Shown one piece after another: positions 37,310 to 46,290 of a stretch of 64,000 nt of DNA. The stretch comes from an uncultured Halobacteriales archaeon (GTDB lineage Archaea; Halobacteriota; Halobacteria; Halobacteriales; SKSH01). The position numbers and the translations under genes are program-made. Below the pieces are notes generated by a model. It made no database searches, was not told the DNA's origin, and saw only the letters and a program-made list of their open reading frames with translations. The stretch is from assembly GCA_964502835.1 (NCBI GenBank), contig CAZCYF010000004.1, positions 27,548-91,547 of the forward strand. The letters are read 5' to 3'. The stretch's first letter is position 1; every line of letters starts with the position of its first letter.

Positions 37310-39229
37310 CTACGCCGATAACGCCTCCGTCACCGCCTGGACGGCGGCCGCCGAGACGTCCTCTCGGCGCCCCTCAAGGAACCGAATGCGGCCCGACGGA
37401 CCACCCTGCACGGAGAGGGCGCCGTCGGGGACGGCCGCGTCGAGGCCGTCCACGATGCCCGCCAGCTCGAGATCGGCGTCGGCCTCCACCTCGACGAAAT
37501 CCTCGCCGATGCCGACGGCCACGGTCGCGGCAAGCTCGTCGGTGGCCAACAGTCCCTCGAGCAGCACCGGTACGGGCGGGAACTCGAAGCGGTTGCCGAA
37601 CTTGGCTACGTCCAATACCGCCACGACGTGGTCGTCGACCTGGTGAATCTCTGCATTGTGAATCGCGGTGGTCACCGCCTGATCGAGCTTGTCGCGAAAC
37701 TGATTGCTAAACGGCTGGACGGCGCCGGGGTCGTGTTCGAACAGGATCTCGTACATCAGTGCGCGCTTGGACCGCCGGGGTTGGTAGTACGCCTCCAGCG
37801 CAAGAGCCTCGCGCATGGTGCGGACGTCGGTTCGGTCGTATGGGCTCTCCTCAAGCAACCGTAGGGCGGATTCCGGGCGATCGCGACGGACGGCAACGGC
37901 CGGGAGATGGTGCAACTCCCCCCGTGCCTCCTCAGCCACGAGACCCGCCACGTTGACCGCCAACGCCGTAACGCTCGGGATCGGGTAGGTGCCCTCGCCA
38001 CACCATGGGTTCACGAAGGGATCGACCCGATCGAGAACGTCCGGATCCGGATTGGCAGTATCGATCACGTAATAATCGAGTTCGTAGGTGTCGAGCAGGT
38101 CATACGCGGGCAGTTCGTCGTCCGTGCTCCCCAGCCCGAGCACCACTACGAACGGGGTCTCCTCGGCGTCGGAATCGACCTCGAGGACGTCCTCGAGCGC
38201 GGCTGCGAGGCCGAAAGGCGGGTCGCGAACGGGGCGTCGGTCAGCGATATCGAGGCGGTCCTGGGGACGACCCGGTTCGGCGGTCGCCGCCTCCACGGCC
38301 CGTTCGATGGCGACGCCGGCCACGGTGCCATCGACGGTCGCCGGATGGCGGATCCGGATGGGTCGGTCACGTTCGATGGCGCGTCGGATCTCCGCCGCCG
38401 CCTCACGAATGTCCGTCTCGATGGCAAGATTGGCCGGATCGTCGTAGAGTAAGGGTAGTGAGTCGATGGACGCCGGAAGTAACTCGCCGTCGGCGACGCG
38501 CTGGGCGACGTCGTCGGCGGGATCTCCCGCCAGCGTCTCGACGTGTTCAACCTCGATCTGGAGGTCCTCGAAGCGGTCCTCGACCGTCCCGCGCACCCGA
38601 ACGATGTCGCCGACCTCGAGATCCGGATAGGCCCGAACGCCGGCGCCGGCGAACGCGGCACATTCGACCGTGTCGGATTCGTCGCGCAGCGTGATGACGG
38701 TCGGACCGCCCGTCTGCCGGATGTCCTCGATGACCCCCTCAAGGAGCACCTCCCGGCCGAAGTAGCGGTCGAGCGAGCGAATCTGGACCCGCTCCAGCTC
38801 GCGGCTGACCACCGACTGACCCGGGTGGCCCGGCTGGTCGCCACCGGTGGGCTCCGGGGCGGGGCCGTCCTCCGGGCCATGTTCGAGGGTCCCCCGGAAC
38901 TCGGAGGGAGACTGACGGATGGACGGTCCGAGGTCCACCTCGTCATCGTTCACGTCGGTGACCTGCACACACACCGCCTCGCCGGGCTCCCAGTCGAGCG
39001 ATTCCAGGCGACGATCCAGCTCATTGCGATGGAGCAGTCCCGTCACGCCGTTGCCGAGCTCGATGAACACGCCGAAATCGGCGATGCCGTCGACCGTTCC
39101 CTCGTAGAATCGACCCTCGACGAGCTGATCGGGTCGATCCCCCGTGAAGGTGAACAACACGTCTTCTTCGTGAAAGGCGCAGATATCAGCACCTTCGACG
39201 TCGGCGTCGCAGATGATACATCGTCCCAT
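37310..39229 (-). CDS. RecJ3/4-like protein (S1 + OB + DHH-like domains), apparently catalytically degenerate
   Basis: N-terminal CIIC...ICAFH, S1 domain (FGVFIELG...GLLH), OB fold (QTGGPT..TLRDE). The DHH-type motifs are altered. Confidence 0.8.
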   Translation of the reverse strand: MGRCIICDADVEGADICAFHEEDVLFTFTGDRPDQLVEGRFYEGTVDGIADFGVFIELGNGVTGLLHRNELDRRLESLDWEPGEAVCVQVTDVNDDEVDLGPSIRQSPSEFRGTLEHGPEDGPAPEPTGGDQPGHPGQSVVSRELERVQIRSLDRYFGREVLLEGVIEDIRQTGGPTVITLRDESDTVECAAFAGAGVRAYPDLEVGDIVRVRGTVEDRFEDLQIEVEHVETLAGDPADDVAQRVADGELLPASIDSLPLLYDDPANLAIETDIREAAAEIRRAIERDRPIRIRHPATVDGTVAGVAIERAVEAATAEPGRPQDRLDIADRRPVRDPPFGLAAALEDVLEVDSDAEETPFVVVLGLGSTDDELPAYDLLDTYELDYYVIDTANPDPDVLDRVDPFVNPWCGEGTYPIPSVTALAVNVAGLVAEEARGELHHLPAVAVRRDRPESALRLLEESPYDRTDVRTMREALALEAYYQPRRSKRALMYEILFEHDPGAVQPFSNQFRDKLDQAVTTAIHNAEIHQVDDHVVAVLDVAKFGNRFEFPPVPVLLEGLLATDELAATVAVGIGEDFVEVEADADLELAGIVDGLDAAVPDGALSVQGGPSGRIRFLEGRREDVSAAAVQAVTEALSA

Positions 39230-39317
39230 GTTCAGGTATCATTCGACCGGCGACTAAGGGGCTGTCGAATCGTCCGTTTCCTCAGCCATTAAGGTCTTGA
39301 CGCACTGACGGTCACCC

Positions 39318-40049
39318 ATGGAACTGACCTGGCATGGCCATTCGACCTGGCACGTCTCGGTCGGCGAAACGGACCTCCTCATCGACCCGTTCTTCGACAA
39401 TCCGAAAACGACCGTCGAGCCCGGAGACCTCAACCCGGAGTATGTGTTGCTGACCCACGGGCACGCGGATCACGTCGGCGACGTGGGGCATTTCGAGGGG
39501 GCGACCCTCGTGGCCACGCCGGAACTGGTGTCGTACTGTCAGGACCACTTCGGCGACTTCGAGGCGGTCGGCGGGATGGGTATGAACCTCGGCGGGACCG
39601 TCGAGGCGGGTGACGCCTACGTCACGATGCACCGCGCCGACCACACCAATGGCCTCGAAACGTCATATTCGGCGACCGGCGGGATGCCGGCCGGCTTCAT
39701 CATCTCCGACACGAAACCGACGCAAATCAGCGACCAGGACTCCATGAGCTTCTACCACGCCGGCGATACCGCCCTGATGACGGAGATGCGTGACGTCATC
39801 GGACCGTTTCTCGAACCGGACGCGGCCGCGTTGCCCGTGGGAGATCACTTCACGATGGGACCCGGCCAGGCGGCCATTGCCGCCGACTGGCTTGACGTTG
39901 ACGTCGTCTTCCCCATGCATTACGACACCTTTCCGCCGATCGCAATCGACACGGCCGCGTTCGAGCGCGAGGTCCGGGCGACCGCGTCCGGGGCGACGCC
40001 GATGGTCCTCGAAGGCGACGAATCGGTCCGCCTGTCCGCGCTGGTCTGA
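39318..40049 (+). CDS. Metal-dependent hydrolase (UPF0173, MBL fold)
   Basis: [32 protein letters not shown]. Confidence 0.93.
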   Translation: MELTWHGHSTWHVSVGETDLLIDPFFDNPKTTVEPGDLNPEYVLLTHGHADHVGDVGHFEGATLVATPELVSYCQDHFGDFEAVGGMGMNLGGTVEAGDAYVTMHRADHTNGLETSYSATGGMPAGFIISDTKPTQISDQDSMSFYHAGDTALMTEMRDVIGPFLEPDAAALPVGDHFTMGPGQAAIAADWLDVDVVFPMHYDTFPPIAIDTAAFEREVRATASGATPMVLEGDESVRLSALV

Positions 40050-40095
40050 CCCGGCATCCGACACGTCTTAGGGCTCCGGTACGTTGGTCAACCCG

Positions 40096-40494
40096 ATGCC
40101 CGCCAACGTCACGACCACCTCGAGCGAGGGGTTCGCGAGCTCGAGTACGATCCGAGACTTCACCGTCGAAATCGACCCGCGTGGAGAGGCCGCGCCGGAC
40201 ACCATCGAATCACTGTTGGCCGCCTACGCCGCCTGTTACGTCCCGGCGTTGCGCGTTACCGCGGACCGCCGGGAGCTCGGCGCGTTGGGCCACGTGACCA
40301 TCGAGGCAACCGGCGACCTGGACGATTCAGGCAAGCTCGAGGCCGTCACGTTCGAGATCGAGCTCGAGGCCGACCTCGACGGCGACGAGCGCCAGATCCT
40401 GGTCGAGGGGGCTGATTCCCTCTGCAAGGTCCACGCCGCGTTGCGCGAGCCGCTGCGCGCCGCGAAGGTCGTGAACGGCCATTCCACCCCCTGA
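40096..40494 (+). CDS. OsmC/Ohr family protein
   Basis: LLAAYAACY and LCKVH carry the two conserved Cys residues. Confidence 0.8.
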   Translation: MPANVTTTSSEGFASSSTIRDFTVEIDPRGEAAPDTIESLLAAYAACYVPALRVTADRRELGALGHVTIEATGDLDDSGKLEAVTFEIELEADLDGDERQILVEGADSLCKVHAALREPLRAAKVVNGHSTP

Positions 40495-40500
40495 CCGCCG

Positions 40501-40962
40501 ATGGCCACACCGATCCCCGACGAGCTGCTGGTCGGGCACCGACTGGCCGTTGACCAGGAGTTCGCCGAGCGCCTGCGAGAATCGGAGTTCTCCTCCATGG
40601 AGTGGGATCTGATCATGTCGACGGTCTCCTTCGAGCTTGAGGACCCGGGCGATCCCGAGACGGCCACGATCGTCCCCAACGTGGAAGACCTGCCCGCGGC
40701 GATCAGTGCCATCGAGGATCTCCCCGACACCGGCCACGGGAGTCATGGAAACCCCGAACGAGGGGGTGATGCGAGTGGCATGGTCGACCGGCTCACGTCC
40801 CGACTTGGTTTCGATCGTACCGAAGGGTCGTCCTCACCCGACGATCGCCGACAGGCCGCCACCGCCCTCGTTACCGAGTACGCCGAGGTGCTCCAGATCC
40901 ACCTGAAACAACAACGCGCCTGGACGGAGCTGTGTGACCGCCTCGCCGGGGGAACCGACTGA
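40501..40962 (+). CDS. Conserved haloarchaeal hypothetical protein (DUF5799-like)
   Basis: RLAVDQEF...FSSMEWDLIMS pattern, recalled from the haloarchaeal family. Confidence 0.7.
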   Translation: MATPIPDELLVGHRLAVDQEFAERLRESEFSSMEWDLIMSTVSFELEDPGDPETATIVPNVEDLPAAISAIEDLPDTGHGSHGNPERGGDASGMVDRLTSRLGFDRTEGSSSPDDRRQAATALVTEYAEVLQIHLKQQRAWTELCDRLAGGTD

Positions 40963-41010
40963 GGCCGTTGCGGCCGGTGTAGTTTTGCCAATCCGCCACG
41001 AGGTCGGGCC

Positions 41011-41313
41011 ATGGACGATTTCGAGCTCGACCTTCGCGCGATCGAGGAGCATATCGACGAGGCCGAGGACGAGTCGGGCGGCTCGGGCGATGTCGAACTC
41101 GGCGTGCTCGACGGATCCACGCCGGACGAGGAGTGGCTCGCCGCACTCGATGCAGGACGAATCCTCGTGTTGCACATCGAGGGTGACCTCAACGAACTCG
41201 CCGCCGGCTTCGCCCGGGAGGTTCACGAATCGGGCGGCGATCTCGTCCATTTTCGCGGCTTCTTGGTCGTCGCACCACCGGGGATCGGCGTCGATACCGA
41301 CCGGTTGAGCTGA
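41011..41313 (+). CDS. Conserved haloarchaeal hypothetical protein (DUF5779-like)
   Basis: FELDLRAIEE...ELGVLDG...GGDLVHFRGFLVVAPPG..VDTDRL. Confidence 0.75.
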   Translation: MDDFELDLRAIEEHIDEAEDESGGSGDVELGVLDGSTPDEEWLAALDAGRILVLHIEGDLNELAAGFAREVHESGGDLVHFRGFLVVAPPGIGVDTDRLS

Positions 41314-41340
41314 CCGCACGATCGAGCCGTCGGAGACACC

Positions 41341-42072
41341 TTACGTTGGCTCGGCGTCGTCGGTGGGCGGGATGAACACGAGCCGGTGGCCGTCGGGGTC
41401 GACCCACTCCAGGCCGTCACCCCGTTCGTCGGCCTCGGACGCCGCCACGCCGAGCGCGTCGAGCGCGGCCACCGGATCCGCCGTGACCAGCCCCAGTTCG
41501 ACCCCAGCGCCGCCTCGCCCCCCGCCGATACCGCGATGGGGCTCCCAGAGTTCGAGGTCGAACGGGCCCCGCATGCGGATTCGCGGGCGGTCAGTGCCGC
41601 GGTCGACGGTCTCGAACCCGAGTCGACGGTATCGCTGCGCTGCCCGTTCCCGGTCGGCCACCTCGAACACCACCTCGAAAATGTCACCGTACGCCGCCTC
41701 GACGGCGGGTCGCTCGCCAAACTCGACGACGTGGCCGGCGGGGTCGAGCATGTACATCGACCGATGGCCATCGAAGCGGCGTTCGGTCACTCGACCGTGT
41801 CGTTCAAAGCGCTCTAACAGCGGATCGTACCCCGAAGGGTTGATCGCGACGGCGAAGTGGGTATGGCGCCCCCCTCGCGGTTCGGTCTCGGGCGACCGAA
41901 ACTCGAGGACACCCCCGCCGACCCGGAAGGCGACGAGCCCCTCCGGTCCCGGTAACGACTCCGAATCAGCCAGCGGGAAGCCAACCAGCCGATCATAGAA
42001 GTCCACCGTCGCCCGGGGTGACGAGGATTCGAGTGCCAACCAGGCCAGGTGATCGATGCAGTCGTTCGACAC
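41341..42072 (-). CDS. VOC/glyoxalase family protein (two domains)
   Basis: IDHLAWLALE...FY, HTHFAVAI, SMYMLDPAGHVVE, VDPDGHRL. The GTG start is tentative. Confidence 0.85.
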   Translation of the reverse strand: MSNDCIDHLAWLALESSSPRATVDFYDRLVGFPLADSESLPGPEGLVAFRVGGGVLEFRSPETEPRGGRHTHFAVAINPSGYDPLLERFERHGRVTERRFDGHRSMYMLDPAGHVVEFGERPAVEAAYGDIFEVVFEVADRERAAQRYRRLGFETVDRGTDRPRIRMRGPFDLELWEPHRGIGGGRGGAGVELGLVTADPVAALDALGVAASEADERGDGLEWVDPDGHRLVFIPPTDDAEPT

Positions 42073-42192
42073 GACCGAAGGGAGGGTCCGTGGGCTCTTA
42101 GTTGACCACCTTCCCGTCCGGAGCGAGGCCTGCGTTCGACGTTCATGCCATCCGTCGGAGGGTTGATGGCGCGGCAGTGGCAAGGCCAACCG

Positions 42193-42858
42193 ATGACTAC
42201 CGACGGGGACGGCTCCTGGGTCACCCGCTGGGACGACGGCTTCTCATGGATCGCCGACCCGGACGAGGACATCGGCCGTGCGAGTCATGCCCTCGAGATC
42301 GGGGGCGACCTCCACCTCATCGAACCGGTTGACGCACCCGATCTCGATGACCATCTGTCCACGGTCGGCGATCCCCAGGGCGTCATCGTCGTCATGGATC
42401 GCCATACCCGCGACGCCGAGGCCATCGCCGACCGATGGGACGTCCCGATCTTCGCGCCAGAGGCGTTCGATCGGATCGCCGCCAATCTATCGGTCCCGCC
42501 CGAGCCGCTCGAACCGCTCCTCGAGGGGTCTTCGTGGCGCTCGATACCCCTCGTCGACAATCGGTTCTGGCAAGAACTGGCCCTGTGGTCCTCGAAACGT
42601 CGAACCCTCCTGGTCCAGGAGGTGCTCGGCACGCTCTCGTACTTCTGCGTCGGTGACGAGCCGATCGGCATGCATCAGGTCAGTCGAATCCGGCCGCCTC
42701 GTCGAGCGCTCGAGGCGGTACGCCCACGGCGGCTCCTGGTGGGTCATGGTAAACCGATCGCCTCGGTCGATCTCGAGGCGTACCGCCGGACCCTCCGGTT
42801 GGGTCGCCGGCGGCTCCCTCGGGCGATGATCGGCGCCGTTCGCGGCGTTCTCAGGTGA
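42193..42858 (+). CDS. Hypothetical protein, divergent MBL-fold
   Basis: RASHAL...LIEPV, MDRHTRDA, LLVGHG. Confidence 0.65.
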   Translation: MTTDGDGSWVTRWDDGFSWIADPDEDIGRASHALEIGGDLHLIEPVDAPDLDDHLSTVGDPQGVIVVMDRHTRDAEAIADRWDVPIFAPEAFDRIAANLSVPPEPLEPLLEGSSWRSIPLVDNRFWQELALWSSKRRTLLVQEVLGTLSYFCVGDEPIGMHQVSRIRPPRRALEAVRPRRLLVGHGKPIASVDLEAYRRTLRLGRRRLPRAMIGAVRGVLR

Positions 42859-43310
42859 TCGATGTGGCGACCGGGGACGCCGATCCGACCGGACCAACAA
42901 TTCATCTCACCGAGGATCTCCTCACCGTTCTCCTCGAACGGGCCAACGCGACTGAGCCCGGGACGGTGTCGATCCAACTAGCCGTCGAGTCAGCCGGTGA
43001 CCTCGGCATCGACAGTATTGACCCCTCGATCCCCGTGTTCTCGACGTTCTACCTGCCCGACGCCGGTCGGTCGGTCGAAGCGGTCTTCGGATTGAACGTG
43101 GCCGTTCCGCCCGGCCAGACGCCCGGCCGGTTCATCTCACACCCCACCGGACCCCCGTCCGTGACGACCGGCGACGACATCGCCGAACGCATGCTCGTCG
43201 CCGTACCCCCCTGGGATGCGGACCACGTCACTGGCTACACGCGCGATGGTCGCCGCTGTGAACTTCGGTTGCACCAGGTCGCCGAACGTGACGACCCGGA
43301 CTTCGTCTGA
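42855..43310 (+). CDS. Conserved haloarchaeal hypothetical protein, MPN/JAB-like
   Basis: LLERA..EP, GRFISHP.G, VAVPPWD. Overlaps the upstream gene by 4 nt. Confidence 0.6.
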   Translation: MIDVATGDADPTGPTIHLTEDLLTVLLERANATEPGTVSIQLAVESAGDLGIDSIDPSIPVFSTFYLPDAGRSVEAVFGLNVAVPPGQTPGRFISHPTGPPSVTTGDDIAERMLVAVPPWDADHVTGYTRDGRRCELRLHQVAERDDPDFV

Positions 43311-43353
43311 CGAGGGTGCGACGCGTTTCGGGTGGAACCGGATCCGACGACAC

Positions 43354-43389
43354 GACCCGAATTGCTCCGCCGGAACCGAAATTCGGGTC
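43354..43389. repeat. 10-bp inverted repeat between convergent genes
   Basis: GACCCGAATT (43354-63), a 16-nt spacer, then AATTCGGGTC (43380-89). Confidence 0.7.
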
Positions 43390-43485
43390 AAAAGACTGGA
43401 CCATGGGGGAGCGTCGATCACCGTCTTGGCCCGGCATGGGCCATCGTTCGTCAGACGGGCGTGCGACGGGTTTCCGGTGGAGCCG

Positions 43486-44424
43486 TCACCGCTCGCGCTC
43501 GACCGCTTCGCGCAATCGTTCGATCCGCTGGCGTTGCTCTTCGTGGAGGCGGACGATCATATCCGACAGAATGCCGAACATGAACAGGAGGAAGCCGAAA
43601 AGGACGAAGAATGACGACACGACCGCCATGATCTCGTGGGTCACCCCGACGAAGTACCACCGATAGCCGACGTACAGCCCCAATCCGACCCCGAACGCCC
43701 CCGTCAGGAGGCCGAGGCTACCGAAGAACACCAGCGGGTTGTTCATCCGGGCGATCAGATACAGCGTCGTCAGGATGACCGCGCCGTCGCGAATCGGATT
43801 GAGCTTCGTCTCCGATGCCTCCGGGCGGCGTTGATAGATGATCGGCACCTCCTCGATACGATGGCCGTGGCGCACGGCCGAACCAGTCATCTCGGCCTCG
43901 ATGCCAAATCCCTCGGCCGAGAGATCAAGTTCCTGAAACGATTCCCGGGAGAAGGCTCGATAGCCGCTCAGGATGTCGTTGAGATCGCGTCGGTTGATAA
44001 ACCGGAACAGCCAGTTGATGATGCGATTGCCCACCTGGTTCAGGCGGGTCATCGCCCCCGACTCCATGTCGTGAAAGCGGTTTCCGATGACGTGATCGGC
44101 CTCACCAGTCACCAACGGCTCCAGTACCCGATCGGCGTCCGCCGGCCGGTAGGTGCCGTCACCGTCGAGCATGAGCACGTACGGTTCCTCGATGTACTCG
44201 ACGGCCTCGGTGACCGCCTGTCCCTTGCCCGATCCGTCCTGGATGCGCACCTCGGCCCCGTGTTCGTCGGCGATTCGCCGGGTGTCGTCGTCTGATCCGC
44301 CATCCATCACGAGAATGCGGTCGTAGCCTTTCGCTCGAAGACCCGACACGACCGAGCCGATGGTTGTTGCCTCGTTCAGGGTGGGAACGAGGACGCAGAC
44401 GTCCGACGACGGACTCATCATCAT
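43486..44424 (-). CDS. aglJ: GT2 glycosyltransferase, AglJ-like (Dol-P glycosylation for S-layer N-glycan)
   Basis: VLVPTLNEA, MDGGSDD, GKGQAV, LDGDGTY, DILSGYRAF and two C-terminal TM helices. Confidence 0.8.
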   Translation of the reverse strand: MMMSPSSDVCVLVPTLNEATTIGSVVSGLRAKGYDRILVMDGGSDDDTRRIADEHGAEVRIQDGSGKGQAVTEAVEYIEEPYVLMLDGDGTYRPADADRVLEPLVTGEADHVIGNRFHDMESGAMTRLNQVGNRIINWLFRFINRRDLNDILSGYRAFSRESFQELDLSAEGFGIEAEMTGSAVRHGHRIEEVPIIYQRRPEASETKLNPIRDGAVILTTLYLIARMNNPLVFFGSLGLLTGAFGVGLGLYVGYRWYFVGVTHEIMAVVSSFFVLFGFLLFMFGILSDMIVRLHEEQRQRIERLREAVERER

Positions 44425-44623
44425 CGACGGGGTTCTCGTCCGTATTAAATGGCCGTGACCGGGCTACCGTCCGTATCGGATGTGGTGGATGCGTGGGTGC
44501 CATCGGCCGGTCCACCCTGCCGACACCGGCTGCGATCGCTTTCGGACGGACGGATGCGGTCCCCACTGCTCGGTTCGAGCCGGCCCAGAACCCTTTTTAT
44601 TGGGGCTCCTAAGTGTGTACCTG

Positions 44624-45436
44624 ATGGTGTCAGTGTCGGAACCGTTTGGGCGGATGTTTGCCGATGTCGACGCGGTCTTTCTCTTCTCGCCGAACACGTC
44701 CTTTTTCGAGCAGTTCGCCGACATGGACGACCTCACCGTCGTCGTGGTCGGCCCCTCCAACGACGTCGAGGCAACGGCGTTCGTGTCCTTGCCGATCAGC
44801 ATCGGCGCCCTCGACGACCGGATCGCCTTCGGCATCCAGGGGGCGCTCGAGGCGGCGTACATCGACGAGGGTGATACGGTATTGTGCGCGGCGAGCGTCT
44901 TCGACGAGGAGATCGACACGGTTGCCAGGGTCCGTGCCGGGGGCGACGGCCCCTCGGGCGTGTACGATCTGTTGATGAACTCGCGCCCCGAACCGGAGGT
45001 CATTCGCGACGTGATCGAGCTGGTCGTCGAGCTCGGTCAGAAGGGGCAAAAGGGGTCGCCGGTGGGCGCGCTGTTCGTCGTCGGCGATGCGGGTAAGGTC
45101 ATGAACAAGAGCCGCCCGCTCTCGTACAACCCCTTCGAGAAGTCTCACGTGAACGTCGGCGATCCCATCGTGAAAGTGATGCTCAAGGAGTTCTCCCGCC
45201 TCGATGGGGCGTTCGTGATCAGCGACTCCGGGAAAATCGTGAGCGCGTATCGCTACCTCGAACCCTCAGCCGAGGGGGTCGACATCCCGAAGGGCCTCGG
45301 GACGCGCCACATGGCGGCCGGCGCGATCACGCGGGACTCCAACGCGGTGGCCATCGTCCTCTCCGAAAGCGACGGGCTCGTTCGGGCGTTCAAGGGAGGT
45401 GAACTCGTCCTTGAGCTGGATCCAGAGGAGTATTGA
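44624..45436 (+). CDS. dacZ: Diadenylate cyclase DacZ
   Basis: GALFVVGD, SRLDGAFVI (DGA), GLGTRHMAA (RHxAA), VLSESDG. TATA TTTTTAT at 44594-44600. Confidence 0.93.
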   Translation: MVSVSEPFGRMFADVDAVFLFSPNTSFFEQFADMDDLTVVVVGPSNDVEATAFVSLPISIGALDDRIAFGIQGALEAAYIDEGDTVLCAASVFDEEIDTVARVRAGGDGPSGVYDLLMNSRPEPEVIRDVIELVVELGQKGQKGSPVGALFVVGDAGKVMNKSRPLSYNPFEKSHVNVGDPIVKVMLKEFSRLDGAFVISDSGKIVSAYRYLEPSAEGVDIPKGLGTRHMAAGAITRDSNAVAIVLSESDGLVRAFKGGELVLELDPEEY

Positions 45437-46208
45437 GGCGGTCCAGGAGGCCTTCACGGCCGTTGATGAGCCGTCGATCCGCGCGCTTCTGGTCCTCGGG
45501 TTGGGGCTCATCGTGGGGCTCGTGGTGGGGCGTCTCACGACGCGCGTGTTGCATTTCGCCGGGGTCGAGGGGCTCGTCGAGGGGACCGGCACGGAGCGGT
45601 GGCTCCAGCGAATGGGCACCTCGACGGTGCACGTGATCGGCCGGCTCGTGGCGACGTTCATCATCATCGCGGCCGTTCTGTCGGCGTTCATGCAGGTCGG
45701 GGCGATCCGCGGAGACGTCTTCTGGTCGGTGGCGACGGCCTGGCTGCCCCACCTGTTCGTCGCCATCCTCGTATTCGTCATCGGGATCATCGTCGGCGAC
45801 AAGGTGGAGATCCTCGTCTCCGAGCGGCTGAAGGCCGTGAAACTGCCTGAGGCGGCGGTCATCCCCTCGATCATCAAGTACACGATTATCTTCATCGCGG
45901 CCCTGATCGCCCTCGGTCAGGTCGGCGTCTATACCATCGCGCTGTTGATCATCCTGACCGTCTACGTGTTTGGGCTGGTGTTTCTCGGCGCGGTCGCCCT
46001 CCGGGACCTCCTCGCCTCGGGGGCGGCGGGTGTCTACCTCTTCCTCCAGGAGCCGTATACGATCGGCGACCGTGTCAACATCGGCGACGCTGCGGGCGTC
46101 GTGCAAGAGATCACCCTCTTTGTGACCAAGGTCGAGGATGACGGTGCGGAGTACGTCGTGCCCAACCATCGCGTGCTTCGCGACGGCGTCGTCCGGCTGC
46201 GTGAGTGA
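45399..46208 (+). CDS. Small-conductance mechanosensitive channel (MscS family)
   Basis: TM helices, ASGAAGVYLFLQEPYTIGDRV, G.VQEITLFVT, YVVPN. The start is uncertain (GTG 45399 or TTG 45411) and overlaps the dacZ 3' end. Confidence 0.85.
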   Translation: MNSSLSWIQRSIEAVQEAFTAVDEPSIRALLVLGLGLIVGLVVGRLTTRVLHFAGVEGLVEGTGTERWLQRMGTSTVHVIGRLVATFIIIAAVLSAFMQVGAIRGDVFWSVATAWLPHLFVAILVFVIGIIVGDKVEILVSERLKAVKLPEAAVIPSIIKYTIIFIAALIALGQVGVYTIALLIILTVYVFGLVFLGAVALRDLLASGAAGVYLFLQEPYTIGDRVNIGDAAGVVQEITLFVTKVEDDGAEYVVPNHRVLRDGVVRLRE

Positions 46209-46290
46209 GGGTCGGGCTCGGCGATATCCAAACCGACTAATGGACATCGGTTGACCGCCCCGACATGCAGGTGGCGGGGCTGATCGGCTG

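Noticed and set aside
46209-46290. Nested short inverted repeats (AACCGA/TCGGTT and GTCGGG/CCCGAC) between mscS and the MFS gene
   Set aside because: The arms are only 6 bp in GC-rich DNA, with no supporting context, so they cannot be distinguished from chance.
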